Numbered from the stretch's first letter, positions 1 to 11,364 are shown. The stretch is DNA of 64,000 nucleotides from Calditrichia bacterium (GCA_963777955.1 CAVZSQ010000017.1:64001-128000), one strand, 5' to 3'. Made by a program: numbers and translations. The notes: generated by a model from the letters alone, not told the origin.

Positions 1-215
1 CCGGATCGTACTTCCTGGCCAAAAATTTTTACATGCCCGGCTGTAGCCTGGATCAGATTCAGGATCAAACGGATGGTGGTGGATTTTCCGGCACCGTTGG
101 GTCCTAAAAAACCGAATACTTCCCCGGCATAGATCCTGAGATTTACATTTTCAATGCCCCGGTGCTTTTTATAGTATTTGGTCAGGGCACTGGTTTCGAT
201 GATCGGCTGCTCCAT
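1..215 (-). CDS. ABC transporter ATP-binding protein (N-terminal part; runs off window start)
   Basis: Manual translation from ATG at 215: MEQPIIETSALTKYYKKHRGIENVNLRIYAGEVFGFLGPNGAGKSTTIR, with Walker A GPNGAGKS. Confidence 0.9.
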   Translation of the reverse strand, partial: MEQPIIETSALTKYYKKHRGIENVNLRIYAGEVFGFLGPNGAGKSTTIRLILNLIQATAGHVKIFGQEVRS

Positions 216-356
216 GATACTGAATATAAATAGATTTGCCCTATTCTGGATAGAGAAATTTAAATATGATAATAAAGTAATTGTTTGCAGGCCATGCTTG
301 CAAGCATGGTTTGCTTTGGCTAAATTTTCTTTAAAACCACGGGTGTATTTATTCAA

Positions 357-1787
357 ATGAATTCAGACATCGAAGAAAAACTAAAACTGCTGCTGGAAAA
401 AAAATGCGGGCAAAAGTTGCTGCGGCTTGAACCATTACCGGCTCACGGTTCGGAAAGAAAATATTTCCGCCTGTATACCTCGCGGCAGACTTATATTGGC
501 GCCCATAATCGCGATAAAGCAGAAAATGCCGCCTTTTTATCCTTCTCCAGGCATTTCCATAAACTCAACCTGCCCGTTCCGGATATTTATGCTGAAGACC
601 TCCGGCAGGATATTTATCTGCAGCAGGACCTTGGTGATCTGACCCTGTTTGAATATCTGAGTTCGGTACGCAGCGAAGAAGGTTTTTCAAACCGAATAAT
701 TTCTATTTACGAAAAAGTGCTTGAAGTATTACCGGAATTTCAAATCACAGCCGCCAAAGATCTTGATTACACTCTCTGTTATCCCCGGCAGAGTTTTGAT
801 AAACAATCCATGATGTGGGATTTGAATTATTTTAAATATTATTTTCTAAAACTGGCCCAGATACCGTTCAACGAACAAATGCTGGAAGATGATTTTCAAC
901 ATTTCAGCGATTTTTTATTATCCGCCGAACGCGATTACTTTTTGTACCGTGATTTTCAATCACGAAATATTATGTTGCTGCAGGAAAAACCATATTTCAT
1001 CGATTATCAGGGTGGACGCCGGGGGGCCTTGCAGTATGATATCGCTTCCCTGCTGTACGATGCCAAGGCCGATATTCCTGTGCAAATCCGCGAGCACCTG
1101 CTGGATCGTTACATCGAAATATTAAGCAGGTACATGCGGATCGATCGTAAGACATTTAGCAGTTATTACTACGGATACGTTTTTATCCGTATCATGCAAG
1201 CTCTGGGAGCTTATGGTTTCAGAGGATTTTACGAACGAAAAGCACAATTCCTGAAAAGCGTACCTTACGCAATTGCCAACCTGGAATATCTGCTGCAGTC
1301 GGTCAAGCTGCCTCTGGCTCTGCCGGCTCTGACCGATGCCTGGAATAAATTAGTCCAATCTGTTTTTCTGCGACAACTCAGCGCTGTTCAGGCACAACTG
1401 AAAGTACGGATTCAAAGTTTCTCCTATAAACGGGGCATCCCCTGGGACGAAAAAGGACATGGCGGGGGATTTGTCATGGATTGCCGGGCCTTACCCAATC
1501 CGGGCAGGTACGCCGAATATGCAGATGTGACCGGAAATGATCAAAAAGTTATTGAATATTTAAAAAATAAAAATGAAGTCCAGTTATTTTTAGATAATAC
1601 CTGCAAACTCATCGATCAAACCGTAATCAATTACCAGCAGCGCAACTTCAGCGATCTGCTGGTGGCCTTCGGCTGCACCGGCGGCCAGCACCGCTCGGTT
1701 TACTGTGCCAATCAATTAGCGCAGCACCTTAAAACCAAATATGATATCGAGGTCGAAGTCCGTCATTTAGAACTGGAATCTAAATGA
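357..1787 (+). CDS. Aminoglycoside-phosphotransferase-family (AmgK-like) sugar kinase fused to a RapZ C-terminal-like domain
   Basis: GSERKYFR and YRDFQSRNIM..IDYQG kinase motifs; C-terminal SFSYKRGIP..DCRALPNPG..GCTGGQHRSV. Confidence 0.85.
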   Translation: MNSDIEEKLKLLLEKKCGQKLLRLEPLPAHGSERKYFRLYTSRQTYIGAHNRDKAENAAFLSFSRHFHKLNLPVPDIYAEDLRQDIYLQQDLGDLTLFEYLSSVRSEEGFSNRIISIYEKVLEVLPEFQITAAKDLDYTLCYPRQSFDKQSMMWDLNYFKYYFLKLAQIPFNEQMLEDDFQHFSDFLLSAERDYFLYRDFQSRNIMLLQEKPYFIDYQGGRRGALQYDIASLLYDAKADIPVQIREHLLDRYIEILSRYMRIDRKTFSSYYYGYVFIRIMQALGAYGFRGFYERKAQFLKSVPYAIANLEYLLQSVKLPLALPALTDAWNKLVQSVFLRQLSAVQAQLKVRIQSFSYKRGIPWDEKGHGGGFVMDCRALPNPGRYAEYADVTGNDQKVIEYLKNKNEVQLFLDNTCKLIDQTVINYQQRNFSDLLVAFGCTGGQHRSVYCANQLAQHLKTKYDIEVEVRHLELESK

Positions 1788-2508
1788 AAGCAATGATTCT
1801 GGCCGCCGGACTGGGTACCCGGCTCATGCCGCTGACCCGGTCTAGTCCCCAAAGCCTTAGTACCGTTCCGGCAAAAACCAATTCTGGAGCATTTGATCCT
1901 GCGCTTAAAGCAGGCCGGGATCACGGAAATCATAATCAACGTACATCACTTTTCCGCAGCAAATAGTCGCTTTCCTGAAAGAGAACCATTCTTTCGATAT
2001 ACGCATCGAAATTTCATTTGAACCGGATCTGCTCGATACAGGGGGAGGCTTAAAAAAAGCGCAATGGTTTTTTGATGACGGCCAACCCTTGCTGCTGCAT
2101 AATGTGGATGTCGTATCCAATCTGGATTTAAACAGGATGTTAGAGTATCATCTGCAAAAAAACAGCCTGGCCACTCTGGCCGTGCGGACCAGAAATACAT
2201 CCCGTTATCTCCTGTTTGATACGGATGACCGCCTGATCGGTTGGGAAGATCAGAGTTTGCAGCAGAAAAAAATTATGGCGCCATTCAGCGCTGAACCACG
2301 ATCTTTTTCGTTCATGGGGATTCATATCATCTCGCCCGGGATTTTTACCCAACTACCGCAAGCACAGAAATTTTCTATTATCACGGCTTATCTCGGTCTG
2401 GCGGCTCAGCGTAAATCCATCTGCGCTTTTAATGCCGATGGGTTTTCCTGGGCGGATCTGGGCCGGTTGCAGAATCTGCGGGCGGCTGAACAAGACCCGG
2501 ATTTTTAA
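1784..2508 (+). CDS. Nucleotidyltransferase (MurU-like), frameshifted
   Basis: MKAMILAAGLGTRL start; LDTGGGLK and LLHNVDV in other frames; at least two indels between ~1845 and ~1960. Confidence 0.8.
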
Positions 2509-2521
2509 TTGGTAAAACGTT

Positions 2522-3472
2522 ATGACACTGCCCTTTAAAATTGGACACTATACCGATCTGCATAATATTACCGGCTGCACGGTAATTTTATGTCCTGACC
2601 AGACAGTGGCCTCCTGCCATATCTGCGGATCTGCTCCCGGCAGCCGTGAACTTGCCTTACTGGCACCCGATAAGAAAATCGAATCGATCCAGGCCCTGTT
2701 ATTGACCGGCGGGAGTGCCTTTGGACTGAGTGCTGCTGATGGAGTAATGCAATATCTTGAGGAAAAGGGTGTCGGTTATTCAACATCTTATGGTTTGGTT
2801 CCTATCGTACCTGCTGCCGTGATATATGACTTGAATATCGGCAGCAATAAAATCAGGCCGCGGCCGGAAAATGCAGATCAGGCCTGCCGGAATGCCACGG
2901 ACGACTTTTCAACCCAGGGTTCGATCGGTGCGGCAACCGGGGCAACCGTCGGTAAATGGGCAGGTCTTAAATATGCTATGAAAGGGGGACTGGGTATATC
3001 AAGGATTGCCCTGGACCAGGCCTGGATAATCGCCGTCAGTGTGGTCAATTCGGTTGGCGATGTCCTTGATACCACGGGAGAGATCATCGCCGGAGCAATT
3101 GATCCTGATCGAAAATTTCTGGCCCGCACCCGCATACCAAAATTCCGCTCAGGTCTTATTACCGGGTTTGGCGAAAATACTGTTTTATGTGCACTGTTGA
3201 CCAACATCAGGTTAAGCAAAATGCAGTCTTATCTGCTGGCCCGCCGCGGACAAAATGGCCTGGCCCGGGCGATTGTTCCCGCCACTACCAGTTATGACGG
3301 CGACGTCATTTTTTGCCTGAGCCACGGTCAGGTTGATCTTGATCCGGAAATTGCCTATGAAATGGGCAGCGAGGTTGTGCAAATGTCCATTATCGAAAGT
3401 GTCCGCCAGGCGCAGGGTTTGGGGGGATTCCCGGCCGTGGCAGATCTGACTGGCAGGACAAAACGACGTTAA
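2522..3472 (+). CDS. P1/S58 (DmpA-like) peptidase
   Basis: TGCTVIL, GSAPGSRE, LTGGSAFGL, GAATGATVGK and DGDVIF motifs. Confidence 0.85.
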   Translation: MTLPFKIGHYTDLHNITGCTVILCPDQTVASCHICGSAPGSRELALLAPDKKIESIQALLLTGGSAFGLSAADGVMQYLEEKGVGYSTSYGLVPIVPAAVIYDLNIGSNKIRPRPENADQACRNATDDFSTQGSIGAATGATVGKWAGLKYAMKGGLGISRIALDQAWIIAVSVVNSVGDVLDTTGEIIAGAIDPDRKFLARTRIPKFRSGLITGFGENTVLCALLTNIRLSKMQSYLLARRGQNGLARAIVPATTSYDGDVIFCLSHGQVDLDPEIAYEMGSEVVQMSIIESVRQAQGLGGFPAVADLTGRTKRR

Positions 3473-3490
3473 TCAGGTAGCATTATCTGA

Positions 3491-4069
3491 ATGATACAAC
3501 TTTACTCGCAGATATGGCAGGTCTTAAATTTTAATATTCTATTCGTAGCCGTACTGCTTTTTTTAATCGGTTATGGCCTGGCTCCCACAGCCCATTATAA
3601 AAATATCAAATGGCTGACTGCCTATCCTTTTTTTATCATGGAGTTAATGAATAAATATTTCAAATACAACTGGCCGGCTGTAAAAATATTTTTTGTCATC
3701 TTTATTTTAAATTCATGCTCGTTATTCATAAATCTTCTCTCGGCCTGGGGTATAATTACCCCCTTCCTGTTCATAATCTATCTGGGCATCAACATGGGAG
3801 TGATCATCTATCACAGTTTTAATGGACAATTTTACTTTGCCAGCCTTTTAAATCCGGTGGCGATTTTTGAATTACCGGCAGCCTGGATCAGTATTACCAT
3901 GGCTATTCAATTCAGTCTAAAAAAATTTTTCCATGTTGGTTTTTTAAGTGAAATCCCCTTTCTGCAGTATATACAATATTATGTGCTTACCGTATTGCCC
4001 TTGCTGTTTATCGCCGGAGTCATCGAAGCAGCTCTGATAGTCTGGGCCAGACGAAAAGACGAAGAATAA
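3491..4069 (+). CDS. SpoIIM-like integral membrane protein
   Basis: Hydrophobic protein with IFELPAAWI and LLFIAGVIEA motifs. Confidence 0.6.
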   Translation: MIQLYSQIWQVLNFNILFVAVLLFLIGYGLAPTAHYKNIKWLTAYPFFIMELMNKYFKYNWPAVKIFFVIFILNSCSLFINLLSAWGIITPFLFIIYLGINMGVIIYHSFNGQFYFASLLNPVAIFELPAAWISITMAIQFSLKKFFHVGFLSEIPFLQYIQYYVLTVLPLLFIAGVIEAALIVWARRKDEE

Positions 4070-4084
4070 GTTAATAATAGTTTA

Positions 4085-5573
4085 TTATTTTTTTGTCGCG
4101 AATTGCCGGCCGGCGCAGAATAAGATCCGTTTAAAGTATTGATTGGCCATAACCAGCATGGCAATTATTAACAATACATAACCTGCACTTAAAACATATA
4201 TTTCGGTCAGGTCTTTTAAGCCAAATTTAAGCAGGTTGATGATTACCAGGAAAGGTGTAAAAAACGGGAAATAAAGCAGAATCCTGAATGAAAGCGCCTG
4301 GAAGTCAGCGGGGATGAGAAATAATAACAGGATTAAAATAAAAATCACCAGGGGACCCAGCGTGTTGATTCGCTGAATTTCATGCTCCATGGCGATATGC
4401 GTACCCAGAATACTCAACAGCGGCGCATAAAAAAGATACCCCGCCAGATAGATCAGCTGAAAATAAAGGAAATACTGGTAGTGCACGTACTGCATACTGA
4501 CCAGCGGGAAAAAATTAACATATATTAATATTGTAATAAGCACGCTCCAGACAGCTGATTTGGATCATACCCACAATACCCAGCCCCATAATTTTACCTG
4601 ACAATATCTGGCTGCTGCTGCTTTTGCTCATTAAGAGTTCGATCGTCCCTTCATTTTTTTCCTTATACACACTGCTGAGCAGAAAGCCCCCGGAAGTAAA
4701 AATCGCAATTAGTAAAAATACAACTGCAATGCTGATCACATAAAATTGCAGAAAGGCGTCCTGCTTAAGAAATTGCTTTGTATTCAGAAATTTTTCCAGG
4801 TGTACCGGTTTTAACCATTGTTCAACAAGACTTACTTCTAATCCCGCTTCAACTATTTTTGTTTTAATAACTACTTCTGTGATGATTTTTTGAATTTGTT
4901 GTGCTGACCATAGATCGTCAGTGTGCTTTGAATAATATTGCAGATTTGGCTCGAGTTCAAACTCCGCGGGAATAACAATATAAGCATCGATTTTGTCTTC
5001 CAGCAATAATGAATCCGCTATTCTTTTTGATTCTTCAAGTTGAACCCGGTTAACCCTGGCCTCCCGGGCAGCGAATTCTTTTTCAATCAGAATTTTCGAA
5101 TTACGGATATCGATGAGGTCCTGATACGTTTTTTCCAGCAAATATTCTTTGTCGCGGATATGGGGACTGGTATAATACTCATTGCGGGTGGCCACAATTT
5201 GATCATAAACCTGCGTGATTGAATCTTTGCGGGTACGTACGGCCTGATACTCCCGGTTGATTTGCAGATACAACGTTGATTGATTCAGGGAAACCGGCAT
5301 AAAGATATAAACCGGGGAACCACTGTCCAGGATATAATTCTGGTTGACATGATTCTGGATTTGTCCAAATAGCTGAACTTCGTTTAAATTAACCAGCCCG
5401 ATTAATTTGATAGCATCCTTATTTGCATTATCTTTTAATTGCAGCAGTAATGCAAACAGGATGAACACCAGCAACGGTAAAAGCAGAGTCAAAAAAAGAA
5501 AAGACCGGCTCCTGATTCGGGCAGTGAATTCCCAGGCGGCAATATGATAAATGTTTTTAATAAGGCGTATCAC
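4085..5573 (-). CDS. ABC-2/NatB-like exporter permease, frameshifted near 4545
   Basis: AWEFTARIRSRSF N-terminus; EKNEGTIELLMS..ILSGKIMG; transmembrane C-terminus continues in ORF 4085-4543. Confidence 0.75.
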
Positions 5574-6478
5574 TTTTTAGATCTCTGCAGATTTTTAACC
5601 AGACGGGGATAGATGTAGATTAAACCCGGTCGAAATCGCTCAAATTTTATGACTTCAATATTTTTATTCAAAACAGCCAGCAGCTTGCGTGCGTCAAATG
5701 ATTTATCTTTTATAGTAATTTTGTAGTGGCCTTGCTCTTCTGCTTTGAACTGTACTTCTTTGATCGCTTTCAGAAAAGCAAGATCATCGGGGGTTTCCAG
5801 ATAGTAGATATTATCTCTGACCTTTAGCCTGATTTCCGGCAAGGTCATGTTCAAAATCAATTTTCCGGCACTGAGCAGGCAGACGCGGTCGCAGATATCC
5901 TCCGCTTTATCCAGAGAACGGGTGGCCAGCAGTACCAGTTTATTCTTTTGTTTAAATTCAATAAGCAGGGATCGGACCAGGCTTTCATTCTGCCTGGAAA
6001 ATCCGGCGAAGGGTTCATCCACCACCAGAATATCCGGTTCATGCAAAATAGCACCCATGATCAGGATTTTTTCCTGCTGCTCTGAACTCAATTCTCCCAT
6101 TCGTCTGTTGACCTGGTCGGCCAGTTCATATTTATCCAGACAGCGTAAAGCCGTTTCGCGGGCTTGTGAACCGCGCAGTTGATTCAGAGCCCCCTGGTAG
6201 AGTAAATAGTTGATTACCCGGGCCCGTCGATAGATACCCCTTATTTGAGGAATGTAACCAAAATTTTTACCAGCCAGCTTTTTGACCTTTTTATTGTTAT
6301 AAATTATCTCTCCCTGATCAGCGCGGTAAACAGTAACCGCCAGCCTGATAATTGTCGTTTTGCCCTCGGCCGAAGGTGCTGATAGGCCCAGTATCTCTCC
6401 CGCTGTTACCGCTAAAGAAATATTTTGCACCAGCGCTTGGTGATCGAGAACTTTACTTACATTTCTTAATTCCAGCAT
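5570..6478 (-). CDS. ABC transporter ATP-binding protein with degenerate motifs
   Basis: Walker A APSAEGKT, Walker B ILVVDEPF; overlaps the permease start. Confidence 0.8.
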   Translation of the reverse strand: MLELRNVSKVLDHQALVQNISLAVTAGEILGLSAPSAEGKTTIIRLAVTVYRADQGEIIYNNKKVKKLAGKNFGYIPQIRGIYRRARVINYLLYQGALNQLRGSQARETALRCLDKYELADQVNRRMGELSSEQQEKILIMGAILHEPDILVVDEPFAGFSRQNESLVRSLLIEFKQKNKLVLLATRSLDKAEDICDRVCLLSAGKLILNMTLPEIRLKVRDNIYYLETPDDLAFLKAIKEVQFKAEEQGHYKITIKDKSFDARKLLAVLNKNIEVIKFERFRPGLIYIYPRLVKNLQRSKK

Positions 6479-6485
6479 GGCAGTA

Positions 6486-7115
6486 TTATGCTTTCAGATC
6501 AGTTAATTCATAAATAAATGGTTCTTTTTTTGCCAGCAGGTTTAATTCAGCTATGAAATCAGCTGATTGATCCTCCGGTATTTGGGCCTGCATCCTGACC
6601 TGATCCAGATAGTCGGTCTGGCTGATTACACCCTCGTATTTTTTTACCAGATAGGTAAGATCCTGGACTGACACATAGGGTAATTGAAACTTAAAATTCT
6701 TATAGAATATCCGGGGAACTATCCGGACTTTTTGCAGCGTTTCCTGTGCCGATTGCGTATAGGCCCGCACCAGGCCGTTCCGGCCAAGTTTTGTACCCCC
6801 AAAATATCTGGCCACAATCAGCAGAATCTGGTAAAGATTCTGTTCGGCCAGCACATGATAAATCGGTTTTCCGGCTGTACCACCCGGTTCGCCATCATCA
6901 TAGTAATGATAAAGGTTGGAGGTCAGGCGGTAGGCATAACAATAATGAGTTGCTTTAACATAGTTCTTCTGAAATTGCCGGTATATGGCATCGAATTCCG
7001 GCTTTGCTTCGAGGTGAAAAACCTGACCGATAAATCGTGACCCTTTTACCCTGAGCTCATGGGGCAACGAGGTATTATTAACTGTCATAAAACGGGCGAT
7101 ATGATTCTGTACCAT
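6486..7115 (-). CDS. yigZ: YigZ/IMPACT family protein
   Basis: KGSRFIG, ATHYCYAYR, DDGEPGGTAGKP and RYFGGTKLG motifs. Confidence 0.9.
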   Translation of the reverse strand: MVQNHIARFMTVNNTSLPHELRVKGSRFIGQVFHLEAKPEFDAIYRQFQKNYVKATHYCYAYRLTSNLYHYYDDGEPGGTAGKPIYHVLAEQNLYQILLIVARYFGGTKLGRNGLVRAYTQSAQETLQKVRIVPRIFYKNFKFQLPYVSVQDLTYLVKKYEGVISQTDYLDQVRMQAQIPEDQSADFIAELNLLAKKEPFIYELTDLKA

Positions 7116-7233
7116 GAATTATATATCTAAAGCTATTTTATTTAGGAGGACTGAATCCTCAATCAAATCAATATATACAAGGACAAAATTTAGATATTAA
7201 TTTATGTTATCCGGGAGTACTGTTTATTCGATT

Positions 7234-7968
7234 TTATTTTTCCGTTTGGCTATAATATTTCAGCAGCAACTGGCTGCCGTCAAAACAGGCATAACTGTAA
7301 TGGATCAGCCAGTCACCTAAATTAATATACTTATGCCGGCCTGTTTCGTAGGTTTTAGGTCGATGCTGATGACCCATGATTACATAATCAAAACCCTGTT
7401 GAAATTTGGCAGTGGCATATTCGATATAATCCTGTTCGCTGTCCAATTTTATCTGATCGGTATAATAGCGGCTGGAACCTGAAACAAAGCGGGCCAGTGG
7501 AATGCCCAGATCGGGATGGAGCAGACGGAACAATTTTAGATTGATATTTTTCCGTAAAACTTTTTTCAATAATCTGTACCCGGCATCCTTTTTGGCAATT
7601 CCATCGCCATGAAAAAGATAAAATTTTTTTCCGGCTATTTCTCCGCTCCAATCGTTTGGATAGCAAGTGATACCTAATTCCTTGCTGAAAAACTCACCCA
7701 GCCAAAAATCATGATTGCCGGGCAGATAATGCAGTTCAACATTTTTTTCCCTTAAACGGGCCAGCTGGTATAAAACCGAAAAATATTTTTTGGGAATTAC
7801 GTATTTATATTCAAACCAGAAATCAAACAGATCACCGATAAAAAAGATACGTTCGGTGTCTGTTGCCAGGCTGCGTAAAAACGACAGGAAATAATCCAGC
7901 TGTTTTCGCTCCTTCTCCGCAGCAAGGGTTCCCAGGTGGACATCGGATATAAAATAAGTTTGACCCAT
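7234..7968 (-). CDS. lpxH: UDP-2,3-diacylglucosamine diphosphatase (LpxH-like metallophosphoesterase)
   Basis: ISDVHLG, GDLFDFW, GNHDFW, HGDG, GHQH and NLGDW motifs. Confidence 0.8.
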   Translation of the reverse strand: MGQTYFISDVHLGTLAAEKERKQLDYFLSFLRSLATDTERIFFIGDLFDFWFEYKYVIPKKYFSVLYQLARLREKNVELHYLPGNHDFWLGEFFSKELGITCYPNDWSGEIAGKKFYLFHGDGIAKKDAGYRLLKKVLRKNINLKLFRLLHPDLGIPLARFVSGSSRYYTDQIKLDSEQDYIEYATAKFQQGFDYVIMGHQHRPKTYETGRHKYINLGDWLIHYSYACFDGSQLLLKYYSQTEK

Positions 7969-8136
7969 ATCTATCTTAAAACTGATGATACTTTGAATTT
8001 AAGCTAAAATTAACCATATTGAGATGCAACAGTAATGATGGAAAAACAATTTTTTCTCGGCCGGAGCGAAGCTGGCAATATCTGGAATTCTGCGCCGGTG
8101 TTATTCGTTCCTTTTAATAAACCAGCATAAAATATC

Positions 8137-9231
8137 ATGATGTACCGATATACATACTATACGCAGTGGCTCGCACAGAAAAATGTTCAGGCAGATACCA
8201 TGGCACAGCTACATACCCTGTTCCGGACGATCTTACTGCAAAGCAATGGTGATGTGAACGAAGCCCTGAACTGGATGACCTTATTGAATAATCGTTACCA
8301 GTTTACCCGGAATCTGGATACTTTCATCAAGCAACTGAAAGATCAGGGTTTAATTGAACAAAGGGATCAGTACTATACGCTGAGTAACAAAGGCAATCAA
8401 TATATCCGACAGTCCGCTTTCAATGACATCTTCACCAATTTAAAGAAAAAAGGATTGGGTCAGCACACTACACCCTTGGCCGGAAGTGGACAGGAGCCGC
8501 TGCCGGAAACCAGAAATTTTAACTTCGGCGATTCTATCGATAAAATCGAACCCGTACGGAGTATCAATAATGCCATCAAGCGCAACGGTCTTGACCATTT
8601 TCAATTAACCGAAGGTGATCTGGAGGTCTTTGAATCCGAACACCTGGCTAATTGTGCCACAGTTCTGCTGATCGATATCAGCCACAGTATGATTCTATAT
8701 GGTGAAGACCGTATCACCCCGGCTAAAAATGCGGCTCTGGCTTTAGCTGAATATATCATGAAACAATATCATAAAGATAGTCTGCATATTGTAGCTTTTG
8801 GTGATGATGCAATTGAGATAAAGATTTCCGAAATACTGAATTTGGCCGTTGGCCCTTATCACACCAATACCAAGGCCGCCTTACAGTTGGCTCGCCGGAT
8901 TTTAGGCAAGAAAAAGCATGACAATAAACAAATATTTATGATAACCGATGGTAAACCTTCCTGCATCCGGGAGGGGACAAGATTATATAAAAATCCTTAT
9001 GGCCTGGATTTAAAAATAATTAATCAAACCATACGTGAAGCAGTTCAATGCCGCAAAGAAAAAATAGAAATAACCACCTTTATGGTTTCGCGGGATCCTT
9101 ATTTGCAGAATTTTATAAAAGACCTGTCCAGCGCCTGTAAAGGGCGTGCCTATTTTGCCAGCTTAAAAAATCTCAGTGATTATATTTTCATCGATTTTAT
9201 AAAAAACAGAAAAAAGATAGTTCGTTCATAA
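8137..9231 (+). CDS. vWA-domain protein
   Basis: MIDAS-like DISHSM, TNT and ITDGKPS; paired with the downstream AAA ATPase. Confidence 0.85.
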   Translation: MMYRYTYYTQWLAQKNVQADTMAQLHTLFRTILLQSNGDVNEALNWMTLLNNRYQFTRNLDTFIKQLKDQGLIEQRDQYYTLSNKGNQYIRQSAFNDIFTNLKKKGLGQHTTPLAGSGQEPLPETRNFNFGDSIDKIEPVRSINNAIKRNGLDHFQLTEGDLEVFESEHLANCATVLLIDISHSMILYGEDRITPAKNAALALAEYIMKQYHKDSLHIVAFGDDAIEIKISEILNLAVGPYHTNTKAALQLARRILGKKKHDNKQIFMITDGKPSCIREGTRLYKNPYGLDLKIINQTIREAVQCRKEKIEITTFMVSRDPYLQNFIKDLSSACKGRAYFASLKNLSDYIFIDFIKNRKKIVRS

Positions 9232-10766
9232 TGAGGCTGCATATGGAAATCACAAATATAAAAAATCTGGGTGAACTTCGCCGCAGCGGGTATCAAATAC
9301 GTCCCGTAAAAGAAGAGTTAAGACAGAATCTGCTGATAGCAATTAATAAGCGGGAAAATATTTTTAGTGGTATTGTTGGCTACGAAAGCACCGTAATCCC
9401 GGAATTATACAATGCCATCTTGTCCAGGCATGATTTTATACTTTTAGGATTGCGCGGACAGGCCAAAACCCGAATACTGAGAAACTTAACCGGTCTGCTT
9501 GATCCATTTATACCAATTCTGGCCGGCAGTGAATTAAACGATAATCCTTACCAGCCGATTACATATTATGGTAAAAATATGATCAAGCAATACGGCGATG
9601 AATCACCTGTTGAATGGATCCCCCGCGAGAACAGATATAATGAAAAATTAGCTACTCCGGATGTTTCCATTGCCGATTTGATCGGCGATATTGATCCGAT
9701 TAAAGCTGCTACCCAGCGTCTGGAATACTCACATGAAGGTGTGATCCACTATGGCATTATCCCCCGAACTAACCGCGGTATCTTCGTGATCAATGAGTTG
9801 CCCGATTTACAGCCACGAATACAGGTGGGACTGCTGAACATTCTGGAAGAGCGTGATTTGCAAATTCGTGGTTATCCAATCAGAATTCCATTGGATATAC
9901 TTATTGCTTTCTCGGCAAATCCGGAAGATTACACCAATCGTGGTAATATCATCACGCCCTTAAAAGACCGTATCGATTCACAGATTATAACACATTATCC
10001 CCTTACTCTGGAAGATGGCATCCGGATTACACAACAGGAAGCCTGGCGGCAGGACCGCGCTGAGATGAAAGAAATTCATATTCCCTATTTTTTCCGTGAA
10101 ATTGTCGAATCCATTGCCCGCGAAGCCCGCAGCAATGAACTGATCGACCAAAAGTCCGGTGTAAGTGCCCGGCTGCCAATCTCCTGTCTGGAACTCCTGA
10201 TTGGAAATGCCGAGCGACGATCTAATTTTAATCAAATCCCCAGCCGCAGTCTGCGAATTGCCGATTTTCAGGCCTTACCTGCCGGCATCACCGGCAAAAT
10301 CGAACTGGTCTATGAGGGAGAGCAGGAAGGGATAACCAACGTTGCCAAAATCCTGATCGGTCAGGCTATTAAAAGAATATTTGAAAATTATTTTCCGGTG
10401 CTCAAAGAGACAGTTAAAAATAAAAAAAATAAATCAAATCCCGATCTGGATGAGATTGTCGCCTGGTTCAATAAAGGCCAGCTGGTCTGCGTCGATGGCA
10501 GTGGTACGGATGACGAATATATCGCATCCCTGCAACCCCTGGTCCCTTTGCAGAAACTAATCAGAAAATATTTTCCAAAGGATAGTATTAAAAACGAACT
10601 GGACCTTGCCGTGGTAAAGGAATTTGTACTGGAAGGACTCTATCAAAGTTCATATTTAAGTAAATTTTCTGCCGGGGGAAAGGTGACCTACAAAGATCTG
10701 ATGGAAAGTATTTTGAATTCCTGGCCTGCTGAAGAAGAAGATAAGAATTTGGAAAATACTGCCTGA
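9231..10766 (+). CDS. Magnesium-chelatase-like AAA+ ATPase
   Basis: GLRGQAKT, INELPDLQPRIQ and NPEDYTNRG motifs. Confidence 0.85.
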   Translation: MRLHMEITNIKNLGELRRSGYQIRPVKEELRQNLLIAINKRENIFSGIVGYESTVIPELYNAILSRHDFILLGLRGQAKTRILRNLTGLLDPFIPILAGSELNDNPYQPITYYGKNMIKQYGDESPVEWIPRENRYNEKLATPDVSIADLIGDIDPIKAATQRLEYSHEGVIHYGIIPRTNRGIFVINELPDLQPRIQVGLLNILEERDLQIRGYPIRIPLDILIAFSANPEDYTNRGNIITPLKDRIDSQIITHYPLTLEDGIRITQQEAWRQDRAEMKEIHIPYFFREIVESIAREARSNELIDQKSGVSARLPISCLELLIGNAERRSNFNQIPSRSLRIADFQALPAGITGKIELVYEGEQEGITNVAKILIGQAIKRIFENYFPVLKETVKNKKNKSNPDLDEIVAWFNKGQLVCVDGSGTDDEYIASLQPLVPLQKLIRKYFPKDSIKNELDLAVVKEFVLEGLYQSSYLSKFSAGGKVTYKDLMESILNSWPAEEEDKNLENTA

Positions 10767-10812
10767 GCTTAGATTTCAAGTATCGTAATTAAGGATTTTT
10801 AAAGGGGAGTTC

Positions 10813-11364
10813 ATGATGAACAAGGTATTGGTAATTTTAGCTACCGGCTTCGAAGAAATAGAGGCTATCACGGCGATTGACATTTTGCGTCGTGCCGGTA
10901 TCGAAACTACGGTAGCGGGTCTGGACAGTGAACTCATAACCGGCGCTCATAACCTGCTGATAAAATGCGATACTGTCCTGGCTGAAATTGATCAGCAGGA
11001 TTATAGTCACCTGGTTTTACCCGGCGGTCAACCCGGCACTAAAAATCTTAAGAACGATGCCCGGGTACTGCAACTAACAACCGATTTTTACAGACAGAAC
11101 AAAGTTGTGGCGGCAATATGTGCGGCACCGACTGTTTTGCAGGCCGCGGGGATTTTAGCCGGGAAAAGTGTCACCAGTTATCCTGCCGAACGTCAGAATT
11201 TAATCTCGGTCAATTATTCTGAGGATAAAGTTGTATGTGACAAAAACATTATTACCAGCCGGGGGGTTGGTACTGCCATCGACTTTGCTCTGACCCTGGT
11301 TGAAAATATCAGCGGTAGAGAAGTCCGCCGGACTATTGCGGAAAAGATTTTATGGCCGGAATAA
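10813..11364 (+). CDS. DJ-1/PfpI (YajL-like) protein
   Basis: GFEEIEA, LPGG, AAICAAP and TSRG motifs. Confidence 0.9.
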   Translation: MMNKVLVILATGFEEIEAITAIDILRRAGIETTVAGLDSELITGAHNLLIKCDTVLAEIDQQDYSHLVLPGGQPGTKNLKNDARVLQLTTDFYRQNKVVAAICAAPTVLQAAGILAGKSVTSYPAERQNLISVNYSEDKVVCDKNIITSRGVGTAIDFALTLVENISGREVRRTIAEKILWPE

